From assembly GCA_964199315.1 (NCBI GenBank), contig OZ116698.1:43772001-43836000 (forward strand): a stretch of 64,000 nt of DNA, written 5' to 3'. This document shows, one piece after another, positions 49,568-61,535 of this stretch (position 1 is the stretch's first letter; each line of letters opens with the position of its first letter). The stretch is from Orbicella franksi. Lineage: Eukaryota. Under the pieces are notes generated by a model. That model did no database searches and was not told the DNA's origin. It worked only from the letters and a program-made list of their open reading frames with translations. The position numbers and the translations under genes are program-made.

Positions 49568-49941
49568 CACTTTCCCTACGTAGGTGGTTTTTCGTCAAAT
49601 CCGCCCCACCCACCCCCCGCCTCCTCCCAAGAATGAAATGGAATGCCCCTGAACTACTCACATGACTGTCTTCAGTACGAATCTAAAAGATGCACTATAT
49701 TTGAGTACACATAACAAGGTAGTCCCTGGTTCACATTCGGTTAAAAGAAATTTGCATCACTTTCCCTACGTAGGTTGTTTTTCGTCAAATACACCCCCCC
49801 CCCCGCCTCCTCCTAAGAATGAAATGGAATGCCCCTGAACTACTCACACGACTGTCTTCAGTACGAATCTAAAAGATACGCTATATTGAGTACACATAAC
49901 AAGGTAGTCTCTGGTTCACATTCAGTTAAAAGAAATTTGCA
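49568..49941. repeat. Recent tandem duplication, 2 x ~190 bp
   Basis: cactttccctacgtagg...gttaaaagaaatttgca occurs at 49568 and again at 49758 with only scattered substitutions and small indels. Confidence 0.92.
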
Positions 49942-50724
49942 CACGTTGCGTGCCTAGATTAACAAATGAACTTAGATTGTCGTCATATTATCATGGTCAA
50001 CCCATGTAATTGTAATCTTAGGTTTTAAGGTGCTCTAGAGGAAGCTACGTAATCCAATTTTTTCCTTCATAGAGTTAGGCTCGTTTCCCCTACATAGTGT
50101 TGATGAAGTAATGGTACAGTCCAAGTGGGATTCGTAAACACAGTCAGCTCCCATTTTAACCAACAGGGGCCGCGATTGGTATCCGTAACAAGAAGAGAGA
50201 GTCTTCAATAGCATGCAGACATTTTTGTTCCTGCAACTGTTCTTGAATTCAGTTTGTCTGTAGAAGGAACGATTCTGCAATGCCGGAGTTGACTTTGTTT
50301 GAATTGCCCACCATTTACTGTGCTTCGATAGCTAGTGTATCGTGTAGTATGTTAGCAAAGATAGGAAATTCAAAAAAGAAAAAAAAAAAAAAAAGAAAAA
50401 TATTACTTGTAACCGCGATGAAAATATTGTTTCAAGACTGTACGTTTTTAATATGAAAGGTTCCTTCACTTTTACTTTGTTAATTTGTTCAAACACCATG
50501 GTGTTTTTTAATATATACTGAATGCATCGATCCTGTGTCAATATTTTTATAACTGCGTCGATAATGAAGGATTGTGTATATGTACACTTATACAAATAAA
50601 AGCAACAAAAATGAAAAAAGCTTGGTTTTGTAAGTGTGATCTAGAGTTCGTTCAACGCTCTTAGTGTGTGGCCACAATAATGGTGGAACCTCTAATAATG
50701 ATTGAGTAGTATGCTCATTAAGGT

Positions 50725-51081
50725 AGGGTCTCTTCCACACTACGCCGCAGCAATTTGAAAACGGAGGTTTCACTCTCCAAACGCATCAAATGTTTTCCGT
50801 CCACACTATGCCGGAGGAATTTGAAAACGCAACAATCACCGGTCATTTTGGATTTGTGTTTGAGGAAGACTCGGGCAGGGAAATCACGTGATTAGCGTGA
50901 CGTCATCGTTTTCAAAAGCTCTGTTTTCAAAATGAATCAAAATGTTTTCGTCCACACTAAAACGCAAAGCCAGCGTTTTCAAATTTCGCCGGTTTGAAGA
51001 ACGCTTTCGAAAAGCTCCCTTTTCGTAACGGACTAGTGTACACGGTTTTCAAATTTCTTCGGCGTAGTGTAAACGGGGCCT
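50725..51081. mobile_element. PIF/Harbinger-type MITE with long imperfect TIRs
   Basis: The left end agggtctcttccacactacgccgcagcaatttgaaaac is approximately the reverse complement of the right end gttttcaaatttcttcggcgtagtgtaaacggggcct. Internal ccacacta...tttgaaaacg motifs are repeated. Confidence 0.65.
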
Positions 51082-51940
51082 TCACTGTAATCAAGGTAAT
51101 TTTGCTGCACAAGGGGGTTGAAAGTTTTAAAAACTCTGGATGAAACTCTAGAGCTTCGCAAAAACTATCGAAAAGACCTTTCATTTCGTGCTGTTCTTAT
51201 CCAATTTTTCGAAGTAGCAATATTAACTTATCCGTCAATTCAGTCCTCTTTTACTGCCGTTCTTATGAGGACCTCCTATGAGCTATGCTTGCTTGGGTTG
51301 GATGTAATAAGAGGAATGTAATGAGAGGGGTGTGTCCACTTTTACTTACTTACTTAGGCACACATGTCAAGTTCTATCAAACAAATGCCCTGCACGGCAG
51401 TTAGCATGCAGTATCCAATTAAAAGAGGATTACCAGTTAGATCCGAAACGAACTAGAAATTATTTTTATACCAGATTCTTTCCAGAAAATCAAAATGTAA
51501 ATCTATATTGGACGTTACTTGGATGCCGTTGGCATCTAGGCTGCGAGAGTAAGCCACAAAAACAAAATGGCAAGAAAAAGTCCTCTTATTTTATCGCGTT
51601 ACTTGCTACTTTTTTCTGTACTTTACAAGACTATTGGAGCCTTTCTTGACTGCCATCAGGAACGAAATTTGGCCAGTCACGGCAAACGCAAATCACGCAA
51701 TAAATCGACCAATCAACTGGAAGCAAGAAGCGTGCAACCGATCGCGACGCCAAGCGCGGGAAAATCCACGCGTTGCCCGCGGCCGATTGTGATTGGTTTT
51801 CTTTTTGCCTTTAATTGGCTAAAGAAAAAGATATCTTTCAATCCATTCTTACTCGAATCAGTTCAAATTTTTTAACATTGAAATTCGCGCTATAGATTAA
51901 TTTGTAATAATTACTTTTCATCCAGATTTTATATTATCTT

Positions 51941-52891
51941 TTATGCCTTAGCATTCTTGTTAACTGCTCTTTCGTCGAGTCTTGTGTCGTCATAAATAGT
52001 AAAATTAATAAATTTCAAATCCATTACGACCGGTTCTACTGGCAAATCTCGCCAAGCGTGTCTCAACTTCCTTGGATAATGAAGACTGTTTGTCAAAATG
52101 TCTCTAAAAGGTTCTTTTTCACGGAGTTTTGCTAAGTACGCGTTCTTCCAGATCGGTGGAGTTGCTTCCTTCGCGGAAACTCGTCTTTCATCACCGGAGT
52201 TTCTTACGTTACCACGCGTGAACTTAGAACGTGAAGTCACGCGAGGACAAAAATCACCCGAGGGAGTCGTACTGAGGCTTCGGATGTAACTCATCCGACT
52301 TGAATAGCCACTATCTTGAGGCGGTGTCATCGAGCTTGTTTTTCTTGGACTGATCGATTGAAAAACAAACTCTTCATCTTCTGTTTCATCGAGAATGTCT
52401 TCCTCGCTGTCGTTATCTTCGATTCTTTTTTCACGCGCGGCAATCATTGCGCTAAACGAGTCCTTGCCGCTCTTCAATTCGCGTGCGTCACTTGCACGAT
52501 GCTCTTTCAACGCGTCTGCCCTTTGAAGAAGTTTCCAGCATTCCTTACACAAGTTAGGGCCTAGCAATTCGCAAAAATGTCGACACGTCGTATTTCCTTG
52601 ACCACTTCGCTTCCTTCGTTCACAGAGAAGCTTACTACGTGAGTTTCCGGTCGCGCTAGGGACGCGGCTGTAAATTTTCTTGGCATAAAACCCTCTTTCA
52701 TTTTGAGGTAAGGTCCCTGATGTTTTTGTGTCGCGTCGAAAGCGAGGATGATGAAACATCCACTCAGGATCCACGACTGGATCGTGTAGAGTTATCACTT
52801 GAAATTCAGTTGAACTAGATGTATTTGGAACGTGCGTTCGTCGCATAAATGGTCTGTGTTCCTCGTAGCGAGGTCGTCTTAAAGTTACCAT
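51941..52891 (-). CDS. Intronless orphan ORF, 316 aa, unknown function
   Basis: There is a long open frame in AT-rich DNA with an elevated GC island, an ATG at 52891 and an in-frame stop 11 codons upstream. It contains a Cys cluster (CRHFCELLGPNLCKEC), an acidic tract, a Ser-rich segment with DSGYSS, and no recognised domain. Confidence 0.55.
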   Translation of the reverse strand: MVTLRRPRYEEHRPFMRRTHVPNTSSSTEFQVITLHDPVVDPEWMFHHPRFRRDTKTSGTLPQNERGFYAKKIYSRVPSATGNSRSKLLCERRKRSGQGNTTCRHFCELLGPNLCKECWKLLQRADALKEHRASDARELKSGKDSFSAMIAAREKRIEDNDSEEDILDETEDEEFVFQSISPRKTSSMTPPQDSGYSSRMSYIRSLSTTPSGDFCPRVTSRSKFTRGNVRNSGDERRVSAKEATPPIWKNAYLAKLREKEPFRDILTNSLHYPRKLRHAWRDLPVEPVVMDLKFINFTIYDDTRLDERAVNKNAKA

Positions 52892-53909
52892 CACTGTGTC
52901 CCTTCCACTTCCTGACTTTCTTCAACACTTGCGACACATCTAAGGACTGTCGCCTCGGTATCACTGAGCCCTCAGTAAATATTTTAACACTGTCTTTGAT
53001 CCTGCTGTTTGAAATCGTTTGAGGACGTTAGTTTTTCCACTCGATCAAGCAGACAACAAATGCCTTATGCATGGCAACAGTCACATCTGAATCATGTGTC
53101 GATTTCTGACCCGTAAAACGCACGTTTCAAATTACAAAGAAATTCGATCTCTAGACCAGAACACTATTCTTGAATGACGTTTCGCTGGCGGCTGAAACCG
53201 GAAAAGAACTTACCGAATCGCATGTTTTGTTAACGTAAACTTGGATGCGAAGGTATGCTGAACAGAGCTTATTCAACCGATTCACAAAAAAACACAAAAC
53301 AAAAAAAAAACGTTTCTGTCAATCATGAATAAGATTTGTTTTATAACACGTATAACTATAGTCGCCTTCGTTGCAGACGGAAATTTAATCCTGTAAATAT
53401 AACCAGCGGTATGTAGCGTGGCTAGAGATAAGTTCTATCTATTCAGTGATAATTGGACTTAATTGTGTTACATCATGCCGTCGGCACAATGGTTCGGGGG
53501 AGAGGGGGGGAGGACAGGAGGTGGCGACCCTGTATTAAACGGGGGTTGAGTCACACAAGGGAGGGGAGAGAACGGGAGGGGCGAAATGGAAAGTAGAATT
53601 GCGCAATGTTTCGCGATCAGAAGTGAGGAGACTGCGGCATACTAATAAGGCAGAATTGGGAAACTTTATGCACACTACCCCAACCCCTCAACTGCCAATG
53701 ACAGCACTGCTTCTGGGACAGACTTCCTTCTAGGAAAGTTCTCTTAATCAAGACAAGCGCTACATAGCTAGCAATCTGTTCCAAGATGTTTTTGTTTTTC
53801 CTTTCTCTAATTGATGTCACACTTGAACAAGTAAGTGCCCATAGTTTTTTTTCTCTAATTAAAGCCACACTTGAACAAGCAGAGAGCCAAAATGAATGAA
53901 AGAGTTTTC

Positions 53910-54064
53910 CAGTAGTTCGTATAGTGTGATCGTCCGGGTGAGTGTAGTTCTGAGAAGAATTGTTGTTGGTGACTGACGTTTCGACAACCTGAGCGGAAGT
54001 CATCTTCAGAGTCAAGTGAATAGTGTTTGTCAGTCGATGATGTTATAAGTCTGGTCCGTTGAAC
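53910..54064 (-). mobile_element. Penelope-like element terminal-repeat fragment
   Basis: The minus strand reads ...ctctgaagatgacttccgctcaggttgtcgaaacgtcagtcaccaacaac...cacccggacgatcacactatacgaactactg. It carries the minimal hammerhead typical of Penelope-like element repeats. Confidence 0.6.
53970..54014 (-). ncRNA. Minimal type I hammerhead ribozyme motif
   Basis: The RNA reads 5'-UGACU CUGAAGA U GAC uuccgcucagguu GUC GAAAC GUC^AGUCA-3'. Stem I is UGACU/AGUCA, the core is CUGANGA and GAAA, stem II is GAC/GUC, stem III is a palindromic ACGU, and the cleavage triplet is GUC. Confidence 0.65.
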
Positions 54065-54320
54065 GTTTTCCAGGGAGGACTAGGCACTAGTAGTTTTTAA
54101 GATGTTTTCACAAGGACCACCTGAAGGACCCTACCCCAAAATTTCAGGATTTAGAAAAAGGCTCCAATTATACATTCCTGCCATCTTGCAAAAAGAAACA
54201 CAAATCTGCAAGAAGATTCTGGAGCCATTTTTCAAAGAGACAGAATTTCCAGCCACAAAGCACAAAGCACAGTTCTCTATTTGTACATGTTTATTATTTT
54301 TTGCACAACAAAGTGGCCCT

Positions 54321-57300
54321 TTAAGATCTCATGCCACCACTGCCTCCACCAGGGCGGAAACTCTGAGTAGCGTTGATTGGCTGAGTCACTTGCAGGTTAG
54401 AAATGTTTCCAAAATCCTGAAATAATGAAAGTAAGGAACTAAAAGGTTACTTTTGCTGCTTGTTGTAAGGTTTCTGTATACCGTTCGAGCTGTCTCATGT
54501 CCAAGCAATGTAATGCATCCAGTACTAAATCCCCATATCATATTAAAGTTTATAGAGCTGGCTTTTAAAATAAACCAAGAATTTTGAAATAAAAGTAATT
54601 GTCGAATTTTCCATGACCTCTAAATGCCAGCATCCGAATCACCTTTTGAAAGCTGCAAGTCAAGGGAAATTTTGTTTTTTGCCAATGTAATTTGTTCCTC
54701 AGTTTCTGGACCCAAAGTGCTAAAGAAATGTGTCTGTGTTTTGCTAAATTTAATTGCAGTGAACATTTTTGAAAAAGGATTTTAAAAAAATATGGAGTTA
54801 TCATTCAAAAATTGCTCTCAGAGAAAAAATATTTTGAAATAAAAAATTCACAGACAACTTTTTGTAGTTTATATGTCAAACTACAATAATTGTAACTACT
54901 GCCCAAATTTGAGGGCAAACGAAGAAATTCCCTTTGACTTGTAGTTTCCAAAGGGTGATTTGCACACTCAAAATTTACATGTACATGTAGAGTTTGTGAA
55001 AAATTTAACAACTCATTTTCTTTCAAAATTCAATAATCTTTAATATAATATAGGGGTTTAGGTATCTACAGTTTTTAAAAACTGAATGCACTTCTCGCTT
55101 GGACATGAGACACCACTAAAGGCATACATGTACAGTAACCTTAAAAGTTAAAAGACCATTTACTTTCAAGACTATGAGAAAAAAAAATTACAACAAAAAT
55201 CTTCAAACAAAAAGCCCAAAAATTAAGTTAAAGTATACTCAAGGTCGAGAATGAGTCTTCAGACAGAAAGTGTCTGGAATTATGACTTGACAACCAGATT
55301 TACAATTTTTAGTGATGAAGACTGTGATTAAATGTTCCAGCATAACATTTTTGGAATATCTTTGATTTGCTTGTACTTATTGTCCATTCCACTGTCTTAT
55401 TTTGGGAGAACAAGAAAGAGGTTGTTGGGAACATTATGTTTATCTTGAATAATTTCTTGACTGAAGTTAGAATTCCCTGAAACATTGACAAATGTAAATT
55501 GCTGACTGAATTTAGAATTCCCCAATCCTTGAAATATACATGTACATGTTTTCCTTGACCAGGGGACCCCTGCTATTTTTAACATGAGCAAATAAAATAT
55601 TGTTTACAATATAGTGGGAAATATGCATAGAAAATGCAGATATCAAAGTTGTCCCAGGATTAAATGAAGACAATGGAGACACTACAGATATCCCTGGAAA
55701 TTATGGATGATACATGTAAGCGGTCTTTGAAGGAAGACAATTTTGTACATATATAATATCAGAACAGTCGCTTACCAAGACTTTCAACATTTCTTTGGTG
55801 TCTGGGTCAACCTCAATGATATCTTGCTCAATGGCAGACACCTGCAGGAGGAAAGCAGACAGGAGCATGAATAAAACCAATGACAAAACAAACACAGCTC
55901 TTTAGGTGGCCAGGACTCTCATTAAGTTTAGAGTCACCTGAGACCTTGGTCTTCACGCAAACTTGAAAAGTGCAAATGTAAATAATACACACAAAGACCC
56001 ATTGTTCTGCTCATTAAGCTTTCTGTTTGGTAATAATATAGCTGCCATTGCCTTTTGTGTGAGGTCCCTATTTAAAACCATGACACATGAAATATACAAA
56101 ATGCCATTTTTTGAGAAATCAGGGATATCTTTCATGCAGGGGTATTGTTGGGCAGGCAAGTAGATAATTTTGTTTACTAGTGCAAAAATGAGATTTGGCT
56201 GTAATTATGTCCCATTCAATATCAGTCTCGCCCTACAATCTAATCCTGCTCACCTCTGGTACATAGTTGTCCCTTCGTTCACGTTCCTCCTCCTGCAATT
56301 TGATGGAAATTCCACGCACAGCACCCTTCTGGATACGCTTCATCAGATGGGTGACAAACCTATGTAAAAGAATAAAATAATACAACAATCAAGTGAGCTG
56401 TTGATTTTTTAAACAATCATACAGACCAAGCTACCTGTAACATGTAAAAGCATTACTGCCTTTGTCCCGCTGCCCTAGTGTTAAAGGAGCTCAGTCACAC
56501 ACAAAAAATAGGGCTCAAAAAAAGTGCCATTTAGTGGTCTACATGTAAGACAAGGAGATTTTCCTGCTGGGCAAGTAACTTTTCATTGTCACTTGCCCAA
56601 TGAACAAGAGCCCAAGCTAGTTGTCTGCCAACTAAATAATCAAAAAAAATAACTAAGCCTTGCCAAAGGCAAGCAAAATTTGAGAGCTGCGAGTCCGAAG
56701 GGCAAGCTAGAATTCAATATTTTATCTAGAAAGTAAAATGGACAGAATGCAAAGTGAAACTGAATTTTTAACATAAAATCACTATAGATTGCTCGTGAAA
56801 TATCCAGAATCTGGGCATCATTCTAATGTAAGAATAATAGTGCTGTTTTCAGCGCTAATACAAATAAGAAAATAGCCCAAAGAAAATGTGTGCTTATTGG
56901 TTTAAAATTGTGAAACACAGAACTAGCAGGAGCTGTTGACGTACATGTAATGATGATGCGAGAAAAGGGAATTTACATTTTTATGATCAAAGTAAACCAG
57001 GCTTGGTCAATTGATAAACCAATAATCTATATCATAGATAACATTCAAAGATTGATATTGATTGCTGATAGTAATCAATAATGACTGATTCATCGATTGT
57101 TATTGATTGATATCAGAAATTAATTTTGTCCTTTTACAAGTTACACTGATAAAATGTTTGACAAAATTTGTCTGCAATGGTTTTATTGAGTCATTTTATC
57201 ATAGCCTGGGAATCTTTTACATGTACAATCATCAACAAAATAACAAGAACAGCAAAAACTAACAGAAACATTTTGGGATAAATTTACATCTTTTTTTGCT

Positions 57301-60090
57301 ACTTTAAGACACCACAGCAAGTTAAGGCCAGAGTAGCAGTGTAAAACATTCCAGTCTTATTGTAGCATTGGCATTAAGATAAAGCAAAATATACAACAGA
57401 TGTCAGTGTTCTAGTGATTTCCGTTATTAGCATTAGGATAAAAATGTAAGAATAGATCTCAGAGTAGACCAAAAGAAAAATATAATCTAGTAACATACAC
57501 TCTTTTTTACAAGAATATTGCTTTTCTGGACGAGGCTGAATATTCTTATTTTTCTGCCAATTTTAAGCTGAAAATATTCTTGTGAATACTGTTAGATTAC
57601 AAATGCAACATATGACATTCCTGTTTTCAAATGTATTTGGAGTTTGGAAGGTGTTAAAGAAATTTGGGATTTAGCCTGCAGGCATTTAAAGCCTGATACG
57701 ATGCACACAACTTCTTCTTCTTCTAGTATTACATAGAGCTAGTGCTGATTTTGTTGCTCTTTGTAGTTATTATCGTTTTTGTTTTCTTTTTTTTCAATCA
57801 GTAACAGTTGATATTTCTGAAGACAGGAATTATCGATTGTTGTCGATTATTGCCAATCAACAGCAGTAGATGAATAATTTTCTCTGTGAGTTTGATTGTT
57901 ATTGATTGCAGATATCAAACGATAGCAATCAGTGATTGACACTGATTGATATCAATTTCTATTAATTGACTAGGCCTGGAGCAAACAAGTTGTTTTCTTG
58001 TTTTGTCTTGGTATTTTCTAAAAGAAAACAAAAACAAGTTCTCAGAGTTTCTATTGAGTTCTAGAAACACTCATGAGAGTTTGGGGGGAACTCGAAAAAG
58101 CTGTGGAAAAACTCACCTCTCAGCTCGTGTTCCCACAGCATTTCTTGTTCTCCAAAACTTCCACTTGTGTTTCTATTAAACAAATGCTATGCTCGTGTTC
58201 CCTCAGAAATGCTGTGGGAACACGAGCTGAGAAGCAAGTGTTTCCACAGCTTTTTTGCATTCTCCCATCCCATCCCATCCTGATGGTCTTAGTTTGCAGT
58301 GAAATGGTCACAGCAAAACTTTTTGAACACTCACTTTCCAGCTTCTAGGCCGAAATATAGCCCCCCTTCACTTTAAGACTGAAAGACTAGCCGAGACCGC
58401 CTTACGCGCATCGTGATTTTGACCAACATTGGCTCGATTTTCCGGAACTTGGGGGATATTTTCCAGTCCCGGGGACTCTAAACTAACTTCTGATGGCCTT
58501 GGTTTGCAGTGAAATGGACACAGCAAAACTTTTTGAATGCTCACTTTTGAGCTTCTGGGCCGAAATATAGCCCCACTTCACTTTAAGACTCACAGAGTAG
58601 CCGAGACCACCTTGCGCGTCGTGATTTTCACCAACTTTGGCTCGATTTTCTGGAACTTGGGGGATATTTTCCAGTCCCGGGGACTCTAAACTAACTCCTG
58701 AGGGCCTTGGTTTGCAGTGAAATGGACACAGCCAAACTTTTTGAACGCTCACTTTTGAGCTAATTATTAGATTACTCGCTCTCAATTTCTATCGCATGAT
58801 AGACGATGAGGGCACAGCCATAGTCAACTATCATGCATAGAAATCGAGAGCGAGTAACCTAATTGTCTTAGTGTATATCTACTAGTCGTTCAAAACTTCA
58901 TCTAAAACCTTTTCACAGTCACCTTGAAAATGCAAAGAAGTGGCCATCATTTTGTTAATAAGCGCTCACTGTTTTGCTACTCACTAACTACAACAGGATA
59001 GATAGTGAGTATCGTAGCCAATCAGAGAATGGCATTTGTGATAGAATGCTAGTAGATTTATACTAAAACTCGATAGAACCACAGAACATGTTTTCTATTT
59101 CTTAAACAAAAATCAGAAGTGAGAAATTATAAGTATTTGGTAAGCTCTTACCCAGCAATTTTGTTTCTTAGTTTCTTGCTTGGGATGATGGCAATGTCAT
59201 CACAGACACGCTTGTTGGTATGGAAGTCAAGGGTCAGACGTGGATAATATTTCTCGATAATGACTCTTGAGGCCTTTTTCACAGTCTTGGTCCTAACACG
59301 ACCCTGCAGGCAAGACAATAGTCACAATAAATAGACTGTTGAAGCCATTATTTTGCTATATTTCAGAAATCAAATCGTTAATTGTAAAAGTTTCTCCAGC
59401 TTAACTGCTAACCACAACATTTTCAAGTAGTAAAAAACAAAAATATTCACAAAATAATTATTATTGTATACAAATGCCTTAAAATGTCTGTGATATCGGT
59501 TACAATGTAAACAGTTCGTTTTACTACATGTAAGTGTAGAAAACCCCAAATACCAAGTCTTTCAACTTCAGGTTCTTCGACAAACTAGTCTTAAAATACA
59601 GTTTGACTCAAGGCACTACGGAAAAAAGTTTGGATAAGCTATAAACATAAAGCCAGTGAGTAAAATTATGTGCCAAATTATAGTTCTAGTGTCTTCATCG
59701 CATATGAACTACCATGGCCAGTATTAGCGAAGTTTTGAACATTCGAAAGCCGTGCAAGACGAAAATTCTCGAAACACATCATCTACAGAGCTACATTAAA
59801 ACGACATCACGATAATACTTTCATTATCTACAGCCCAAAACTAGTCTGATTTAATATGTCTGCAACAATACAACAGAAACTAGGGATCCCAGAAAGAGCT
59901 ATCTTGACATGAAATTATACGAAAACTCAAAAACGATATTTTGACCACACTGCGAAATTATGGTACAGCGACATTCTGTCATAAAATAGATAGATCATTG
60001 ATCTTCGTGAAATTCAGAAGATACGTGGAAAAGAGGTAACTTTAGTGACGATGGCACCGGATTGTTGTCATGAAATCAGAAACCCACCAT
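54321..60090 (-). CDS. RPS17: 40S ribosomal protein S17 (eS17), 140 aa
   Basis: Exons are 60090-60088 (ATG), 59303-59152, 56359-56254, 55841-55776 and 54416-54321. They give [146 protein letters not shown] lies ~25 nt past the stop. Confidence 0.98.
56998..57978. mobile_element. hAT-like non-autonomous element in RPS17 intron 2
   Basis: The imperfect TIRs are caggcttggtcaattgata and tattaattgactaggcctg. The flanking 8-mers aagtaaac and gagcaaac (6/8 match) fit a decayed 8-bp TSD. The subterminal regions are rich in attgat/atcgat repeats. Confidence 0.55.
58280..58761. repeat. Tandem repeat, ~209-bp unit, 2.3 copies
   Basis: Units begin ctga(t/g)gg..tt.gtttgcagtgaaatgg at 58280, 58490 and 58698. 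Confidence 0.9.
58766..58863. repeat. Long near-perfect hairpin (miniature foldback element)
   Basis: The arms attagattactcgctctcaatttctatcgcatgatag and ctatcatgcatagaaatcgagagcgagtaacctaat (~36 bp, 2 mismatches plus 1 bulge) enclose a 25-nt loop. Confidence 0.85.
58869..59065. mobile_element. Small MITE-like element
   Basis: The ends tagtgtatatctactag and ctagtagatttatacta are imperfect inverted repeats (about 15/17). Confidence 0.45.
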
Positions 60091-60120
60091 CTTTGAATCG
60101 AGGAGAAAGAGAGAGGAAGA
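60091..60120 (-). promoter_or_regulatory. 5' terminal oligopyrimidine (TOP) tract and short 5'UTR of RPS17
   Basis: The minus strand reads cttcctctctctttctcctcgattcaaagATG|gtgggt. A pure pyrimidine run sits just upstream of an ATG-only first exon, typical of ribosomal protein genes. Confidence 0.75.
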
Positions 60121-60439
60121 TACCGTGGTGCTTTGCGACTATGGCACCGAAACAACCGCTGCTCACCTTCCATAATTTTGCGGGCTCTGGTAGCTCCAAA
60201 TCGGTTTTTCAGGTTCAGACGGGGTAAAACGTTCGTGGAAAACGAAAATAGCTTCAAAATATCGCGAGATCGAAATATCGGGGTAATAATTAAAGCGAAA
60301 CAAATCCAAAGGAACCAGCTTTTGGTTCTTGTTGTCCGAAGATATCGATCGACATCAGGATTTCAAGGGTGATAGGCTCACGGTCGAACCTATGAACGTT
60401 GTTACTGATATTTAGCTTTATTCTCGTCTATGGTTTCCT

Positions 60440-60459
60440 GATTTTATTATTATTATTAC

Positions 60460-60490
<31 letters not shown>

Positions 60491-60501
60491 AGTCCTTAAA
60501 G

Positions 60502-60538
<37 letters not shown>

Positions 60539-61332
60539 AACATGAACTACAATAGGACAATAAAAGGAGATACAAAAGATAATACAGAAGGTAATAGTGT
60601 GTGTTACAAAAATACAAACAAAAAAAGAATTACAAACTTTTACAAAGTACAGCATTTTGAGTGGGTACGTTGCAAAAAAAAAGAAACAATTACTAAATTA
60701 AGAATTAATTAAATAAATTAATAACTTAACGAAGAAAGTAAAATGAGAAAAACTCAAATAAAGTCTTTCCACTTTTTGTTGAAATTGTCAGAGGTTTCAT
60801 TTTTAACTGCTATTTGTTGTGAAGTGTTTAATTTGTTCTTAAGTAAAGAAGGAAAGCCGTCAAAGGGTACATCATCGCTGTCTTGGATAGTGCAAAAGAT
60901 ATAATACTTGGCTACCAAGGTGACATAGTTTAAAATGTCTTTTGATTCTGCGGTGTTATCATGCCAACCAAAAAGGATATTACGTTCGATGAGAGTTATT
61001 ATGTTTTTATGTTTTCAAACCACCAATTTTGAAATGCAGACCAGAAATTGGAAATTACAGAACAAAGGTAAAATAAGTGAGGCAATGTTTGCGGTTGCAT
61101 TTTGCATAGCTGACAGATTTGAGAATCACATAACTTCATACGGAAAAGGGAACACCTAGTTGGAAGTATGTTGTGGATAATTTTATATTGAAAAATTTGA
61201 AGCTTTGTTTCGAGCGTGGTAACAAAGGGGAGGCTATCGTTTCCTATTTTGTTATAATTCAAAAACTTTTAAAAGTAACCGGTCATTTGGGGTCGGCATT
61301 TCCTTTTATATTAGCTCTTTTAGAGGATATGT
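60440..61332 (-). mobile_element. Tx1/L1-clade LINE 3' fragment with zinc-knuckle (zf-RVT-like) region and (TAA)n tail
   Basis: It contains ETKLQIFQYKIIHNILPT...CQLCKMQPQTLPHLFYLCSVISNFW and, after a stop, LVAKYYIFCT and NFNKKWKDF. A T-rich 3'UTR and (TAA)n runs follow at 60440-60540. Confidence 0.8.
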
Positions 61333-61535
61333 TTCCTGCTGATCGTAGATTAAACGACCGCTGCTTTCATCCTTTAAGGCAGGGATTTTTTTCATATTTT
61401 TTCCTTCCGCGATTAATGAGTTCATTCATACCTGCCCAGGTCTTCTTCATGCTGAAAATATTCCATTGAAAATAGTTATGAAAATATTGTTTCTTACTTA
61501 GTCTAATTAGAGTTGTAATTTTATTTCTATTTAGT
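61333..61535 (-). mobile_element. CR1/L2-type LINE fragment (endonuclease-RT linker region)
   Basis: RNKITTLIRLSKKQYFHNYFQWNIFSMKKTWAGMNELINR followed by a frameshifted LKDESSGRLIYDQQE matches the YRN.....IR.AK..YY......KKTW..IN.L linker of CR1/L2 ORF2. Confidence 0.7.

Noticed and set aside
58280-58761. Hammerhead-like CTGATGG...GAAA words in each unit of the 209-bp tandem repeat
   Set aside because: The core is CUGAUGG rather than CUGANGA, and stems I and II cannot be formed.
54417-60087. Intronic snoRNAs expected in a ribosomal protein gene
   Set aside because: No properly spaced C/D box pair was found on the RPS17 strand. The RTGATGA hits (e.g. ~55313, ~56950) are antisense, and an H/ACA-like candidate near 55960-56090 lacks a convincing two-hairpin fold.
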